NCBI GenBank assembly: GCA_964019335.1
Contig: OZ025690.1
Location: forward strand, 1 to 64,000
Source of the DNA: Diplonema japonicum
Taxonomy: Eukaryota > Protista > Euglenozoa: Diplonemea
Length of the DNA: 64,000 bases
Reading direction: 5' to 3'
Part shown: positions 22,619-33,637 of the stretch, one piece after another
Layout of the letters: each line of letters begins with the position of its first letter
Position numbering within the stretch: position 1 is the stretch's first letter
Made by a program: the position numbers and the translations under genes
The notes under the pieces: model-generated
What the model was told of the DNA's origin: nothing
The model's database searches: none
Seen by the model: the letters and a program-made list of their open reading frames with translations, nothing else

Positions 22619-23224
22619 CTATTCTACAAGCCAGGAGAGACAGCCCATGACAGACTCCCGTAACTCTTCAGCAGGAACTGTAAGATCTAAGTCACGTACC
22701 GTCCATTTGACGTTGGTAAGGGGAGCGAAGGCTGAAAAAGCGGATATGGGTGTCGGGGGAGGGATGGCAAGACCTGAGGCGGGGCCTGTTCTAGTCATGA
22801 TGATAAGGACTTTCGGTATGCTACGGGAGTTGACATGTGCAGCCATCTCCGACCACGCCATGGGAAGCCTTAGGGGATCCGAGTTGTTGATAGTGTAGAC
22901 GACGTAGGCGGCACCCTCGCACACTTCGTCCCAATACTCCCTCATGGGAGCAAAGCCCGAGGCAACCCAGACGTCGAGTTGCCGTGAGCTAACGTGGCAT
23001 GTGTACCTCTTCCACGGTATTGTCCTTCCCATCCCAGGGTACAGCGGACTCCCAAGAAGCACCTCTGCTAGCTGTGTGGCGCCAGACCCCTCGAAGCCCA
23101 GCACGGCCACCTTCTGTGTCATTTCATTTACGGGCGACCTATCCACCTCCCCCTGCACTGTCCACGCATCCGTCTTCGGTCGGAGTATAGCTTTCTTCTT
23201 TGCCTGACTCTGGCCACCTCCCAT
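22619..23224 (-). CDS. Divergent ARF/ARL-like small GTPase
   Basis: MGGGQS myristoylation start, KVAVLGFEGSGAT, MREYWDEVCEGAAYVVY, C-terminal LSWLVE. Confidence 0.7.
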   Translation of the reverse strand: MGGGQSQAKKKAILRPKTDAWTVQGEVDRSPVNEMTQKVAVLGFEGSGATQLAEVLLGSPLYPGMGRTIPWKRYTCHVSSRQLDVWVASGFAPMREYWDEVCEGAAYVVYTINNSDPLRLPMAWSEMAAHVNSRSIPKVLIIMTRTGPASGLAIPPPTPISAFSAFAPLTNVKWTVRDLDLTVPAEELRESVMGCLSWLVE

Positions 23225-23259
23225 TTTTATGTTGTGTTACCTTTAGTTATGCTTGGCCC

Positions 23260-23649
23260 TCACGATCGCGTCCACAGCCATTCCCGGACGTCGCGCTTCA
23301 CAGTGCCGGGCAGCAAAAGGAAAGCAGCGCTGCCCAGGATGAATCCTTGCGCATGCTTCAGGAAGTGGTGAAAATCAAATCTTTTATGGCCAACAAGCAG
23401 CGTAGTCTCCAATGAGCTCAGCAGACAAAGCTCCCCTACAACGCGGGGCAGCAGCTGCCCAGACCTGTTCAAGGCCATACCCACAAACCCCGTCACTGCC
23501 GACTTCGCAACAGCAAACACATCAGGAGAGATGTACTCCACACCCAACGTCTCTAGCGTGTCCTCCAGACTTGACACGGTCAGCAACACGGCCAGGCAGG
23601 CGTAGTACGCCCTATCCTCGTTATAGTCATGGTTCGCTAGAGCTCCCAT
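23260..23649 (-). CDS. Hypothetical protein
   Basis: 129-aa ATG-initiated ORF filling the gap between RFC1 and the ARF-like gene, same strand as its neighbours. Confidence 0.45.
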   Translation of the reverse strand: MGALANHDYNEDRAYYACLAVLLTVSSLEDTLETLGVEYISPDVFAVAKSAVTGFVGMALNRSGQLLPRVVGELCLLSSLETTLLVGHKRFDFHHFLKHAQGFILGSAAFLLLPGTVKRDVREWLWTRS

Positions 23650-23745
23650 CTTTGTATCTCATCTAAAAGGCATACACTGCAGGACACCAAAATAATATCA
23701 GTGAAATAAACTCTAGTGCTATGTGAGGAAGGAAAAGAGATGAAT

Positions 23746-26508
23746 CTACTTTGTAGATTGTTTCGGTTTTCTTTTTGCGGGCGCCTTTGTCTCCGTTGCA
23801 GCCTTGCGGGTCCTCTTTGCTCCTGGCTTGGCAGCGGCTTTAGACGCCGCCTTCTTGCCCGCCTTCTTAACTGCCGGCACTTCGTCAGACCCTGCGTCAC
23901 TGTCCTCGTCATCTGTAGTAGCCTGCGTATCGGTAGCTACGGTGTTCCCTCTGCGCCCCCTCACCGTCGCAGAGTCAACGACCTTGTTCAGCGCCCGAGT
24001 CATAGCTGACTTCGTCTTGCTTGCCATCTCTGGGTGCTTCGTAGGCCTTCTCATCTTTTTGAAAGTGTCAATCTCCTGCACGAAGTCCCAGTCTAGCTTG
24101 CACATCTTGTACCTCGCAAGCATATTGGCAGCATCCTGCGGACTATCTTCAGTAAGCAGATTTTCCACCTTGTTTCTAAGCACAGGAACGTATTCCAGTG
24201 ATACGTTGGTCATCGTTCCCTGCATGCTCTCCTCCACGCTGTTCACTTCTCTAGCAATGCCAGCCGCCAACCGAAGGTTTTTGTTCTTTGTCGATTGCTT
24301 CCCGAGGTACCTGAAAACAGATGACGATGAACATAAGGCATACCCTGGGAACTGGGGCAGATGCTGCCTCGCAGCCGGCGGCAGGTAGGAATGGAGCTGG
24401 TGCCGCCCGAGGAGCTTCATGGGATAATAGGAAGCATTCCAAGCAGCAGCAGAACCAAGCGACCACTTATTCTCTTTTCTGATAGTGGTGTCGTAAAGGT
24501 CAGCGGTGGCGATGGCATTCGAAGCCCCAGCCATAGTTTCGATGCGTGCAGTGCCCATCATGCCACCGCTGTGGATGTAGTTCTCTTGCATGAAGCTGTG
24601 GTGTGTCTTGTGAGTGTCTTATTGCATACAGTCCCAGTAAATCGTTTTCAAAAAACATCGCGCGCACTACTTCCCACGGATGGTTCCCAGAGAACAAGCG
24701 CTGCGCGCTTTGGAAGGGTGAAAGGTCCGCGTTCTTCATGGCGCTGTTCTGCGCGCTCTTAATAGCGTCGTATGACATTCTGTTCGCTGTCCTGCACCAC
24801 ATTTGCAAGTTGTTTAATGTGCTACGTAGATCGTTGCCTGCAGCTTCCACAGCTTCTGTGAGCGCCTGCTCGTGAAGGTCGACACCCTCATGTTCACGCA
24901 GCAACTTCTTAAGGTGCGCTGCCACTTGGTTCTTTGCAGGGCGCTGGAAGGGCATATCTTTCATGTGATTTGCCAGTGACTTCAATTTCTGCGCGTACTT
25001 GTCGTTGCAGATGCAGATAATAGGTGACTTCGCCTTTTTCAGCATCGATATGATCTCTGTGGTCCCACCTCTGTCCAGACCACCGATTTCATCCATAACC
25101 ATCAGCACTTTCTTGTCAGGAGCCTTGCTAAACATCGACGTGATGCTCTTGTTGCCCAAAGCAATGCTCACACGCTCAGCAAGGCTTTTCTGCGATCGCT
25201 GGTCGGACGCGTTGAACTCCACTACCTCATAGCCGCACTCTCTCCCAACCTGTAATGTGATAATAAGTCTCGTGATGTTCATACCAACAGTGCTGTGGTG
25301 GTCTTCCCGATACCCGGGGGCCCCGAGATCAACACACCGCTTTTCCATTCGGTCTTCTCCTTCGGGTTGAACCTCTTTGCCATGGACTCCCACGAGTTTA
25401 GCCAGGCCTTCAGTTCCCCTACCTTCACAGAATTCCCGAGCACCTTGTTCGATGTCTGAGGAGCGTACTTGTCGGCCCAGAGGGCGGCCTCTGCATCGTG
25501 TGCCAGGGGCTTCAGTGTTGATGTTGGGACGTCCACCTTCGCAGGCTGCCTTGCAGGAGTCGTCCTTTGTTGCTTTGCGGCGGCAGGAACTATAGTTGGG
25601 GGAGCCCGCCTTGTCGGTTTGATCTCCTCTTCAGGCGGCGTGCCAACGGAGATCATGTCAACGTCAGCGTCGTCGACATCCATAGCAGTCTCACCTGAGG
25701 ACTCTACGGGCTTGCCTCCCCATACGTCTCTGTCCACATCGGTTCTGTGTGCCCATGCGTCGACACCTTTTGCTTCCGACTTCTCGACGATCAGCTTGAT
25801 AAGCTCGTCTTCAGCGAGCTTGTTAGTTCCCAGCTCGTTAGCCTTTGCAATCTTGCTCTCACCAGGCTCCGCTCCAACTACAAGGTAAGAAAGCTTTTTG
25901 GTAACGCCAGTCCGCACAGCACCACCGTGCTTCTTAATGAGCGTCTCGCAATCCCCCCTGTCCATAGACTCGAGCCTCCCTGTCACCAAGAAAGTCAACC
26001 CATCTAAGCAAGTGTCATCGCCTATTGGCGATGGCTTGCTGCCCTTATCCAGTGCGCTGTTGTCGTACCCGGCTCTTCCATAGAACGGCCGTTTCTTGAT
26101 CTCGTTCCCGTCCTTGTCTAGCTTGGGTGCTGGCTTCTTCGCTGCTTTTTTATCTGTCACGGGCGTGGTATTCGCGGCCTTCGGCTTCCTGTCTGGTGTC
26201 TCTGTCTTAGGTGCCTTCTTCGCTTTTTCGGGTGTTGCGTCCCTCTTTCTCTTCTCACCAGCTTTTTTTTCCTTCGGCGTTTCTGCTTTCTCCTGCCTCT
26301 CTTTAGCTTTTGGCGAGGGCAGCTTCTCCCTTTTAGGTGATCTTTCTTTAACTTTTTCCCGATTTTCCTTCTTAGCGACCCTGGGTGACACCTGCTCTGC
26401 TTCCTGCTTTTTAGCTTTAGGTGATCTCTGCTTGGGTGACGGGACCTTCACTTCCGGCTCTGCTTTTTGCCCCTTCTTAAAGTAGCTCAGCAAGTTTTTG
26501 GGAGGCAT
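23746..26508 (-). CDS. RFC1: Replication factor C large subunit
   Basis: BRCT (CLDGLTFLVTGRLESMDR), LWADKYAP, SGPPGIGKTT, EFNASDQRS, PIICICND, MQENY. Introns 25250-25284 and 24596-24629. Confidence 0.95.
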
Positions 26509-26559
26509 ATTAACGTGACCTCCTGTGGTGTATGTGGGTGAAGGCAACAGAAAAATAGA

Positions 26560-29115
26560 TTATATCTCAGATGTGGTAAATGCTTTTAAGGGCTTTGGTG
26601 GAAACCTGATAGCAACAGGGGTCAGCTTCGGGTGCTCGCGGACGCGGAGCTTCACATTACGAAGAGGGAAGTGATTGAATTCTGAAACGATATTTGTTCC
26701 AAGAACAGCAGATACGGAGGACCTGTGGGAGGGTTTGTGATCCTGCAGTTCGGGTGTTTTTATGCGTGGCGGGGGTTCAGAGCAAGGCATCACTATTTGC
26801 TTGAAGTGCTTGAAGCATCCCGAAAGATCAAGGTCATGGGTGGGGAAGCACTGCTGAGTATGAAGTCTCTTACTGAACCCAACTCTGTAGTTAAATGCTA
26901 ATTCGCTTTTCCTCTTTTCGCTGTCATGGGTGTTTTTAGGGGTCCCAATAGCGACACCACCTATGGCCAGTGAGGCGGAGAGGTCCTCACTACTTTCCTG
27001 TCGGAAGACGTAGCACATCTCTTCCGCATCAACCACCTCTTCGACCTGAGCTTGTTCCCTAAGGCCACATCCAGCAACTCCTTCTGGTGGCCCCTCCGAG
27101 CACTGCGGCTCTTTTACCCGCCACCACGCTTTCACTCTCGTCCCTCTCCTCTCCAACTGCTTGCACTGTTCGAGCTTCTGTCTCTGATTCCACAGTCGGT
27201 GCATCTGCTGTATTTCAGAGTATTCCCTGCCCGCGTCCCAGTAATTGAGGATGGACTTCCTGCAGCACTCTTCTTGGTGCACAACAGCTTTCCTCTTCAT
27301 TTCTTCCTTCGCAACTAGGTCACAGATATACTTCACAAATTTCTGTGCGGACACGAGGAGGATCTCCACCTTGGGGTGTCTAGGCATCCATTCAAAGGCA
27401 TTTTCTACAGCCTGCATCATTACGCATCTTGCCAGCGCTTCGGTGTATTGTACGCAGGCTCGGTCCCTGCCTTCCTGCTCGCAATTGTTGACAGCCTCCC
27501 TTAGGCATGCTTCCTTCTTTTCAACATCGCGTACTTGGAAACGTCGTACGCATAGTAGGACACAGGTCATCCCAGTCAGACATAACAGCTTTTTAACCGC
27601 TCTGTTGAGTAGCATGTCAAGTATGATAGGGTCTAAAGCTACTTTTTCGTGCTCAGCAGCAGGGATCTCAATCGTACATCTCTGAATCTTGCGGACTTCA
27701 TTATTTAAGTTTCTGCACTTATCTGTGATGGGCTGTTCCGTGTTGCTCACCTCGGCAGCCTCTGCTACAGTGGAGACTCCTGCTACAGTGGCGACCTTTG
27801 CTACAACGGCAACCTCTGCTACAGTGGCAACCTCTGCTACAGGGCTAGAACTCGCCTCGCTGTCCTTTGTAACCTGCAAATCACTGATCACAAAATCCAG
27901 ACTTATGTCTTTCGGCGGTTGCTGTTTGACATTCCCTATCGCACTTTGAGAGCAGCTGCGGATCCTTACTGCTGAGGTGGTGTCCTCGAACGAGACGTAC
28001 GGGTACACGTGTCGACTCACTTGGAACAAACCCGCGACATCAAATACGTGGCGGAAGTGCTGAGCCCCATTCCTGTGCAGCACGAAGGTCACCCGCTTCG
28101 CGGCCCCGTCATAAGTGGCGAGGATCTTGTCATCGTCTTCGAGTGGCGGCGCTGTTGCCTCTCTGTTGCCACTGTGGAGCACCATCCCCTCGGCTTTTAT
28201 ACAGCATGCTTGTTTGCAGTTGTGAGGGTCAGTGCAATCTAGCAGGGCCTGTGTCCCGACACCAAAGCTGAACTTCTTCATGCCACTAGAGACCACCTCG
28301 TACCACCACGCCGTGAGGTACACATCAAGTTTCTTGCTGGCCAAGGTAGCAACAGGGCTCTCAGAAGTGCCACGTGCTGTCGCAATCTTACAGCCTTCGC
28401 TGCACCGCCATGTCAAAGGTGCTGCTGCGTGGAAGTGCTTCTCCAGATGCGTTCTCGCTTCCTGTGCTTCCCTCGAGAGGTCGTTTCTTGACAGCACCTC
28501 CTTCTTCATCATCAGCTTCAGTGCCACAGAAGCCCCTTCCTCCCAGACAGTCTTGCGCTTTTTCGCACTCTCGCGTCTCAGCACTACGGGTGCGCTCCTT
28601 CTGTGGGACATCGCCATCAGGTCCTTTAATCTTTTTGTGCTAAAGATGGACCGCCGTGTTGCTCTCCTCGCAGTACCTGTGCACCGCCTGTTCAACCGCT
28701 TGGGCTCATCATCGTCGGAGAAGAAGTCCGCCTTCCCGAAATTGAACTCTGCAGTGCTGTTTCCCTTCTTCAACAGCGTCTCGTAGTCCAGCAAGGGGTC
28801 GTACTGCATGTACTTGCTGCTTAAAATCTTCTCGTGACACCAAAGGAGTTTCTCCCGGCATTTGTTGACCACGTCACTCGTAACGGAGGGACACCCCACC
28901 ACGGACTGCAGCAAGGTCCGCACTAGGCAGTTGTACTCGATGTGCCCCCTGTACGCTATCCGTGTCACGTCTGGCGGTAGCAGCGGTGCCAGAACACACG
29001 CCATCCAATAGTAGTACCGCAAGGACACCCTGTCGTCCGCATTGTGAACGCGCACTATACCTCGCAGCTGTTCTACCGCATGTTTCACGTCCCCGTCGCT
29101 CAGCGCTGCCTCCAT
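26560..29115 (-). CDS. Hypothetical protein with probable SPRY/B30.2-like domain
   Basis: 851-aa ORF; pattern WWYEV...FSFGVG...DKILATYDG..KRVTF..NG...VYPYVSF. Confidence 0.7.
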   Translation of the reverse strand: MEAALSDGDVKHAVEQLRGIVRVHNADDRVSLRYYYWMACVLAPLLPPDVTRIAYRGHIEYNCLVRTLLQSVVGCPSVTSDVVNKCREKLLWCHEKILSSKYMQYDPLLDYETLLKKGNSTAEFNFGKADFFSDDDEPKRLNRRCTGTARRATRRSIFSTKRLKDLMAMSHRRSAPVVLRRESAKKRKTVWEEGASVALKLMMKKEVLSRNDLSREAQEARTHLEKHFHAAAPLTWRCSEGCKIATARGTSESPVATLASKKLDVYLTAWWYEVVSSGMKKFSFGVGTQALLDCTDPHNCKQACCIKAEGMVLHSGNREATAPPLEDDDKILATYDGAAKRVTFVLHRNGAQHFRHVFDVAGLFQVSRHVYPYVSFEDTTSAVRIRSCSQSAIGNVKQQPPKDISLDFVISDLQVTKDSEASSSPVAEVATVAEVAVVAKVATVAGVSTVAEAAEVSNTEQPITDKCRNLNNEVRKIQRCTIEIPAAEHEKVALDPIILDMLLNRAVKKLLCLTGMTCVLLCVRRFQVRDVEKKEACLREAVNNCEQEGRDRACVQYTEALARCVMMQAVENAFEWMPRHPKVEILLVSAQKFVKYICDLVAKEEMKRKAVVHQEECCRKSILNYWDAGREYSEIQQMHRLWNQRQKLEQCKQLERRGTRVKAWWRVKEPQCSEGPPEGVAGCGLREQAQVEEVVDAEEMCYVFRQESSEDLSASLAIGGVAIGTPKNTHDSEKRKSELAFNYRVGFSKRLHTQQCFPTHDLDLSGCFKHFKQIVMPCSEPPPRIKTPELQDHKPSHRSSVSAVLGTNIVSEFNHFPLRNVKLRVREHPKLTPVAIRFPPKPLKAFTTSEI

Positions 29116-29227
29116 AGCATCGTGTACCTAGCTACGTACAGGAGCAGGCAGCATGATAAAAATAAACAAAGGGGGCAAGGGAGGCTTTTAAAAAGTGTTT
29201 CTCTAGGTATTTTGTACTTATTTTCTT

Positions 29228-30136
29228 CTATGATGCCTCCTCTGTGAAGGTGTTCCTCTCCTCCTCAGGAATGATGTGCCAGTTTGGGGAGTGCTGCGCC
29301 TTTAGCCATTTGAAATCGTTGACCTGTTTTTTTTTTGTTTGTTTTTTTTGTAGGTTTTAAACAAAAAAAAACCCCCCGACCCACACCTGATCCCATTTGT
29401 TAACATAACCCCCTAGCGATGTGCCGTCGAGGACGGTTTGTTTCCCTTCGAAGTCCCAGAGGTAAGGGGCGAAGCCGACATTAGTGGTGTCTTCGATAAT
29501 GGGCTCAGAGGAGCAAAGGAGGTAGAAGGAAGAGGCGGTGGTGGTGTGGACACGAAGCTGTCGGCAGGCGGCGACAAAGGTGCACCCTTTACAAGAGTCA
29601 ATGAACACGGAGCCTTCGATGGGCTTGATGAAAATCTTGCAGTTGGTGAGACGGGAGAGGAAGATAGATGAGTTGGGTGCGATGTGGATGGTCTCGTTCA
29701 CCTTATTCGAGATCCTAGCGTCGTTGCTGGTGTTGGTGTCGACAGCCTGCACCGCCTGCTTAGTGCCTACATCGATGATGACTGAGCGTGTGGGACGGGT
29801 GAAAGCGAACTTCTTCTTCTTTTTGGCTTTCTTCGCATCAAGAAGCTTTATACACTCAGACGCTACTTCATTCGCTCTTTGCTTGTCCCACTGAGGAAGA
29901 TACCCAACAGCCTCCTGGAGCACCCTCTGCATCTCCCTGTATACCTCCACCGCTCCATCGATGTCTCCTCCTTCTAAAACCCCATCAAACTTCTGTCTCA
30001 ATTCCCCATAAAACAGCTTGTCAAATGCATCCACGTCGTCGCTCAGCCTGTCTGTCTTGTCCACCTTGATCTGCTCTCTGGCACGGTCCCTCTCTTCCAT
30101 GCGTCGCTTCATCTTATCTGCGGGGTGCTCCTCCAT
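29228..30136 (-). CDS. TBCC: Tubulin-folding cofactor C
   Basis: KKKFAF, GSVFIDSC, ACRQLRVH, SEPIIEDTTNVGFAPY, NKWDQ|VNDFKWLKAQHSPNW across intron 29324-29386. Confidence 0.95.
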
Positions 30137-30139
30137 TAT

Positions 30140-33100
30140 TTTTCTCTTTTCTCTTTTTTTTTTCTCCTTCCCGCTGTTTTGTGGTGTTCTCTTCTTAATT
30201 GTGGGCAGTGCAAGATAGAAAAAAGAAAAAAAAAGAGGGAAAAAAAGAAAATCATCAAAATATTAGAAGCAGTATGAAAAGAAAAAAAAAAGAAAAAAGA
30301 AAGGAGGGAAAAGAAGAAAGAAAGGAAAAGCGTTTTCAACCTGGGGAGAGGGAGGGGACGGGACGGGGGCAAGTATAAGGAAAAAAGGTATTATGAAAGA
30401 AAGGGAAAAAAAGGGAGGGGGGAAGAGTGAGTTACACATAGTCAGAATAGGGGGGAGTAATTTCATGCACACACCGCCAGTCAAAGTAGTACTATCATCT
30501 GCGCGGCCCAGCGGCAGGTTTGGTCTCTTTGGCTGGGACCCCACGTTCGCTGCGTATCATGTGCGGTAGAGCCTGGGGGGGGGGAATAAGTTTACAACGA
30601 AGGATTTCTTTTTTGAAGTGTTTTTTTTTATGTTTTCTTTTTTTTTTTTTTTTAAACAAAGGGGATAAAACTCACTCAGGAGGGAGAGAAAAGAAGAAAA
30701 AAAAAAGACGTGAAAATTGGAAAAAGAAAAAAAAATATGGAAAAAAAAAAAAAAAACTTGACATAAAAAGGTTCGCGTTTTCTGGCTCACCAGTCTGTAT
30801 CAAAAAAAAAAAAAAAAAAAAGAATGGACTGCTGGGTTCTCTCACGAGAAAGGAAAAGGGGGGGGGAAAAAACAGAGAAAATGGGAATAATAGAAGAGAA
30901 AAAAAAACGAAATAAAAACAACTTTTTTTGCCCCCCCCCCTTGCTACAACGTAGCAATTTCTACCCTCAAACAATCCAAAAGCGATCTTGCAAAAGGTAT
31001 CCAAGCATATTCCGCCCCCCAAAAAAAGCTGATTATCTGTTACCTCCTTCTCGATCACACTGGCCGTTTGAGGAGAGCCCCCTGGGGTAAAAAGAAAACG
31101 CTTTTCCACGTTTATCTTCTTGTTTCTTTTGAAAGACCCCTTCGTTGTTTTTTTAAATTCTTTTTTAAAAGTTTCTTTTTAAATTTCGGAAATAAAAAAA
31201 AAAAAACACTTAAAGAGATGTGAAATAAAAAGGGGGAAGGGGGGAGAATCAAATAAAAATGATCAAGTTGGCGCCGTTTTGTGACTCTTTGGACTTTCGG
31301 CATTAGTGGTACCTTGCGAAGAGGAAAGGGGGCAGGGGGATGTTATATATCATGAGAGGGCTAATGCAACATTGGAGCAGAGAAGAAGAAAAAAGCCTAG
31401 GAGAATTGAGGAGAGGGGAGGGGGGATTTTTGCAGTATTCCTTCTTCTCTCTTATCCCCTCCCCCTATTTCTGTCATTTCTTCCCACACGGTGCTGAAAC
31501 ACACGCATGGAGAGGGGGAGGCATTTTGTTTTTTTGTTCTTTCTTTTTAAAAAAAAAAATGAGGGGGTGTTTGTTCCTTCATTTGTTTTTTTTTTTTTTT
31601 TTTTTTCCCCTTCTCAATCTTTTTTTTGTCAATCTTTTTTCTTCTCTTTTCATTGCTCGTAAATCAAAAAAAAAATAAAGAGGGGAATGGAAAAAGCTTT
31701 TTTTTTTTTTTCCCCTCTTTTTTTTTTTTTTTTTTTAAATTAAAGAATTAAAACAAAAACAAAAAAAAAGGGAGTGGGAAAATATCATAAACCCATGAGG
31801 TTACTTCATACTTTTCTTCTTTTTTTTTTAATAAAAAAAAAACACTCTCCACGGTACCTAAATATTTCTTTCTCATTGCTCAACTTGCCTCGAGGAAGTG
31901 TGTCAAATATAAAAAAAAAAAAAAAAAAAAAAAACTGAAAACTGGAGCCGATTTAAGAAGGCTGATCTGCGCCATAAAACTACACTTTCTGAAATGGTTA
32001 GGCCTGGCTTACGTACAATAGGCTCAAATAGGGAGGGCCAACCAGTGAACCTTTTTTTTTTTACCCATGAAACATGAAAGTTCCTTCCGGATGTGCTTCG
32101 CGTGGGTTGACAAGGGGGAGGTGTCACAACTCACCTGGGTAATAATCTACCCTGCTGCCCCACCAAAGATGTAAAAAAAAAAAAAGATTTCTTTTTTTTC
32201 ATTATTTCTTTTTCTTCCCAATGACACATTCTCCCCCCCCCCCCCCCCCCCTCGTTTTTCTTTTTGAAGTTTAGTTGTTCTTTCTTTTTTTTTAAAGTAA
32301 GACATTCGGCACGAGGGCACCACGATATGCCAACAAATAAAAAAAATAAAAAAAAAGGAAAAGCAAAAAAAAAGAAAATACACGAATCCAAAAAAGGTCT
32401 GAAATCCTTACTAGTGAGGAGAAACTAAACAGCAGTTAAGAGGGAGGGGGGAACAGGTTTCACACACACAAGTCCATTTTAAATGGAAGAAAAAGAAAAA
32501 AAAGAAGAGAAAGAGGGGTTGCAGGGGGAACAGATACGGCTGTCGGAGGAAATTAAAAAAAAAACGCAAAAAAAAAAAAGAAAAAAAAAAGAGGGGCTAG
32601 TGTCAGTAAGGAAGAAACAGGGAGAAAAGGGTGTATACATGCAGAGGGGAAATGAACCACACAAGAAGAAAAAAACCCACACACACACATAACCTTTTTT
32701 TTGCCAATAACTTTTTGCGTTTTTTTTTTTTTTAAACAATAGGAATGGAGGAGGAGGGGGAGTCAAGGGTCTTCAAAAAAAAATCATTTTCTCTCTCTCT
32801 TTCTTTTTTTTTTTTTACTTACGTATTGCCATGCCACCCTTGTTTTTTTGTTAAGGGGAAAAGGGGAGAAAGAGAGACAGAGAGGATGATTCATGACAGT
32901 ATTCTGCACCATCCCCCATCACTCCTTTTTTTTTTTTCTCCTTTTAGTATGTTCCACCCCTTTTCTTTACTTTCCTCTCTTTCCCTTTTTCTCTCTTTTT
33001 TTTTCCTTCAGTTTCTCCTTCTTCCTTCACTTCGATGTTTCATTCAAGAGACAAAAGAAGAAAATGCATTTCTTTCCAGCCACCCCTTCTACCTTGAATC

Positions 33101-33586
33101 ATACAAGTCCCACTTGCATAAAGAAGAAAATAGAGCGGCACACTCTTTTCTCTTTACCACACGAGAAACCGTACAATAGATAAGAAAAAGAAGGAGGGGG
33201 GGGGGGAGAAGAGACAAATAGACTCAGCGGGGATAAACAGGGCAAATAGGGCCGAAGCGAAAAAGAAAATGCACCTTAGAAAACACGTGAGAATGAAGGA
33301 CAGGAGGAGAAAACTAAAAAGAAAAAAAAAGAGAAAAAAAAAGTACAGGGTTGGAGTGGGGAGTTGGGAATTTACTTCTTCTTTTTTTTTTTTTTTACCC
33401 GGACATCCCGTTTTCCCGGAGGTGTCACTTTTGTTTTGTTTGTATTCTTTTTTTTCAAAAAAGGGGAGGAGGAGGAGGAGGGGAGAATATAGGGTTTGAA
33501 TTTGTTAAAAAAAAAAACCTTCTTTTTCTTTCTTTTTTTTTCATTGGCTATTTTTTTTTTGCACCCCTCCCAAAGTAACATAAACG

Positions 33587-33617
<31 letters not shown>

Positions 33618-33630
33618 AACGCACAAAAAA
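30140..33630. repeat. Long low-complexity A/T/G homopolymer spacer
   Basis: Dominated by A, T and G runs; the ORFs here are poly-F/poly-K artefacts. Confidence 0.8.
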
Positions 33631-33637
33631 AAAAAGA

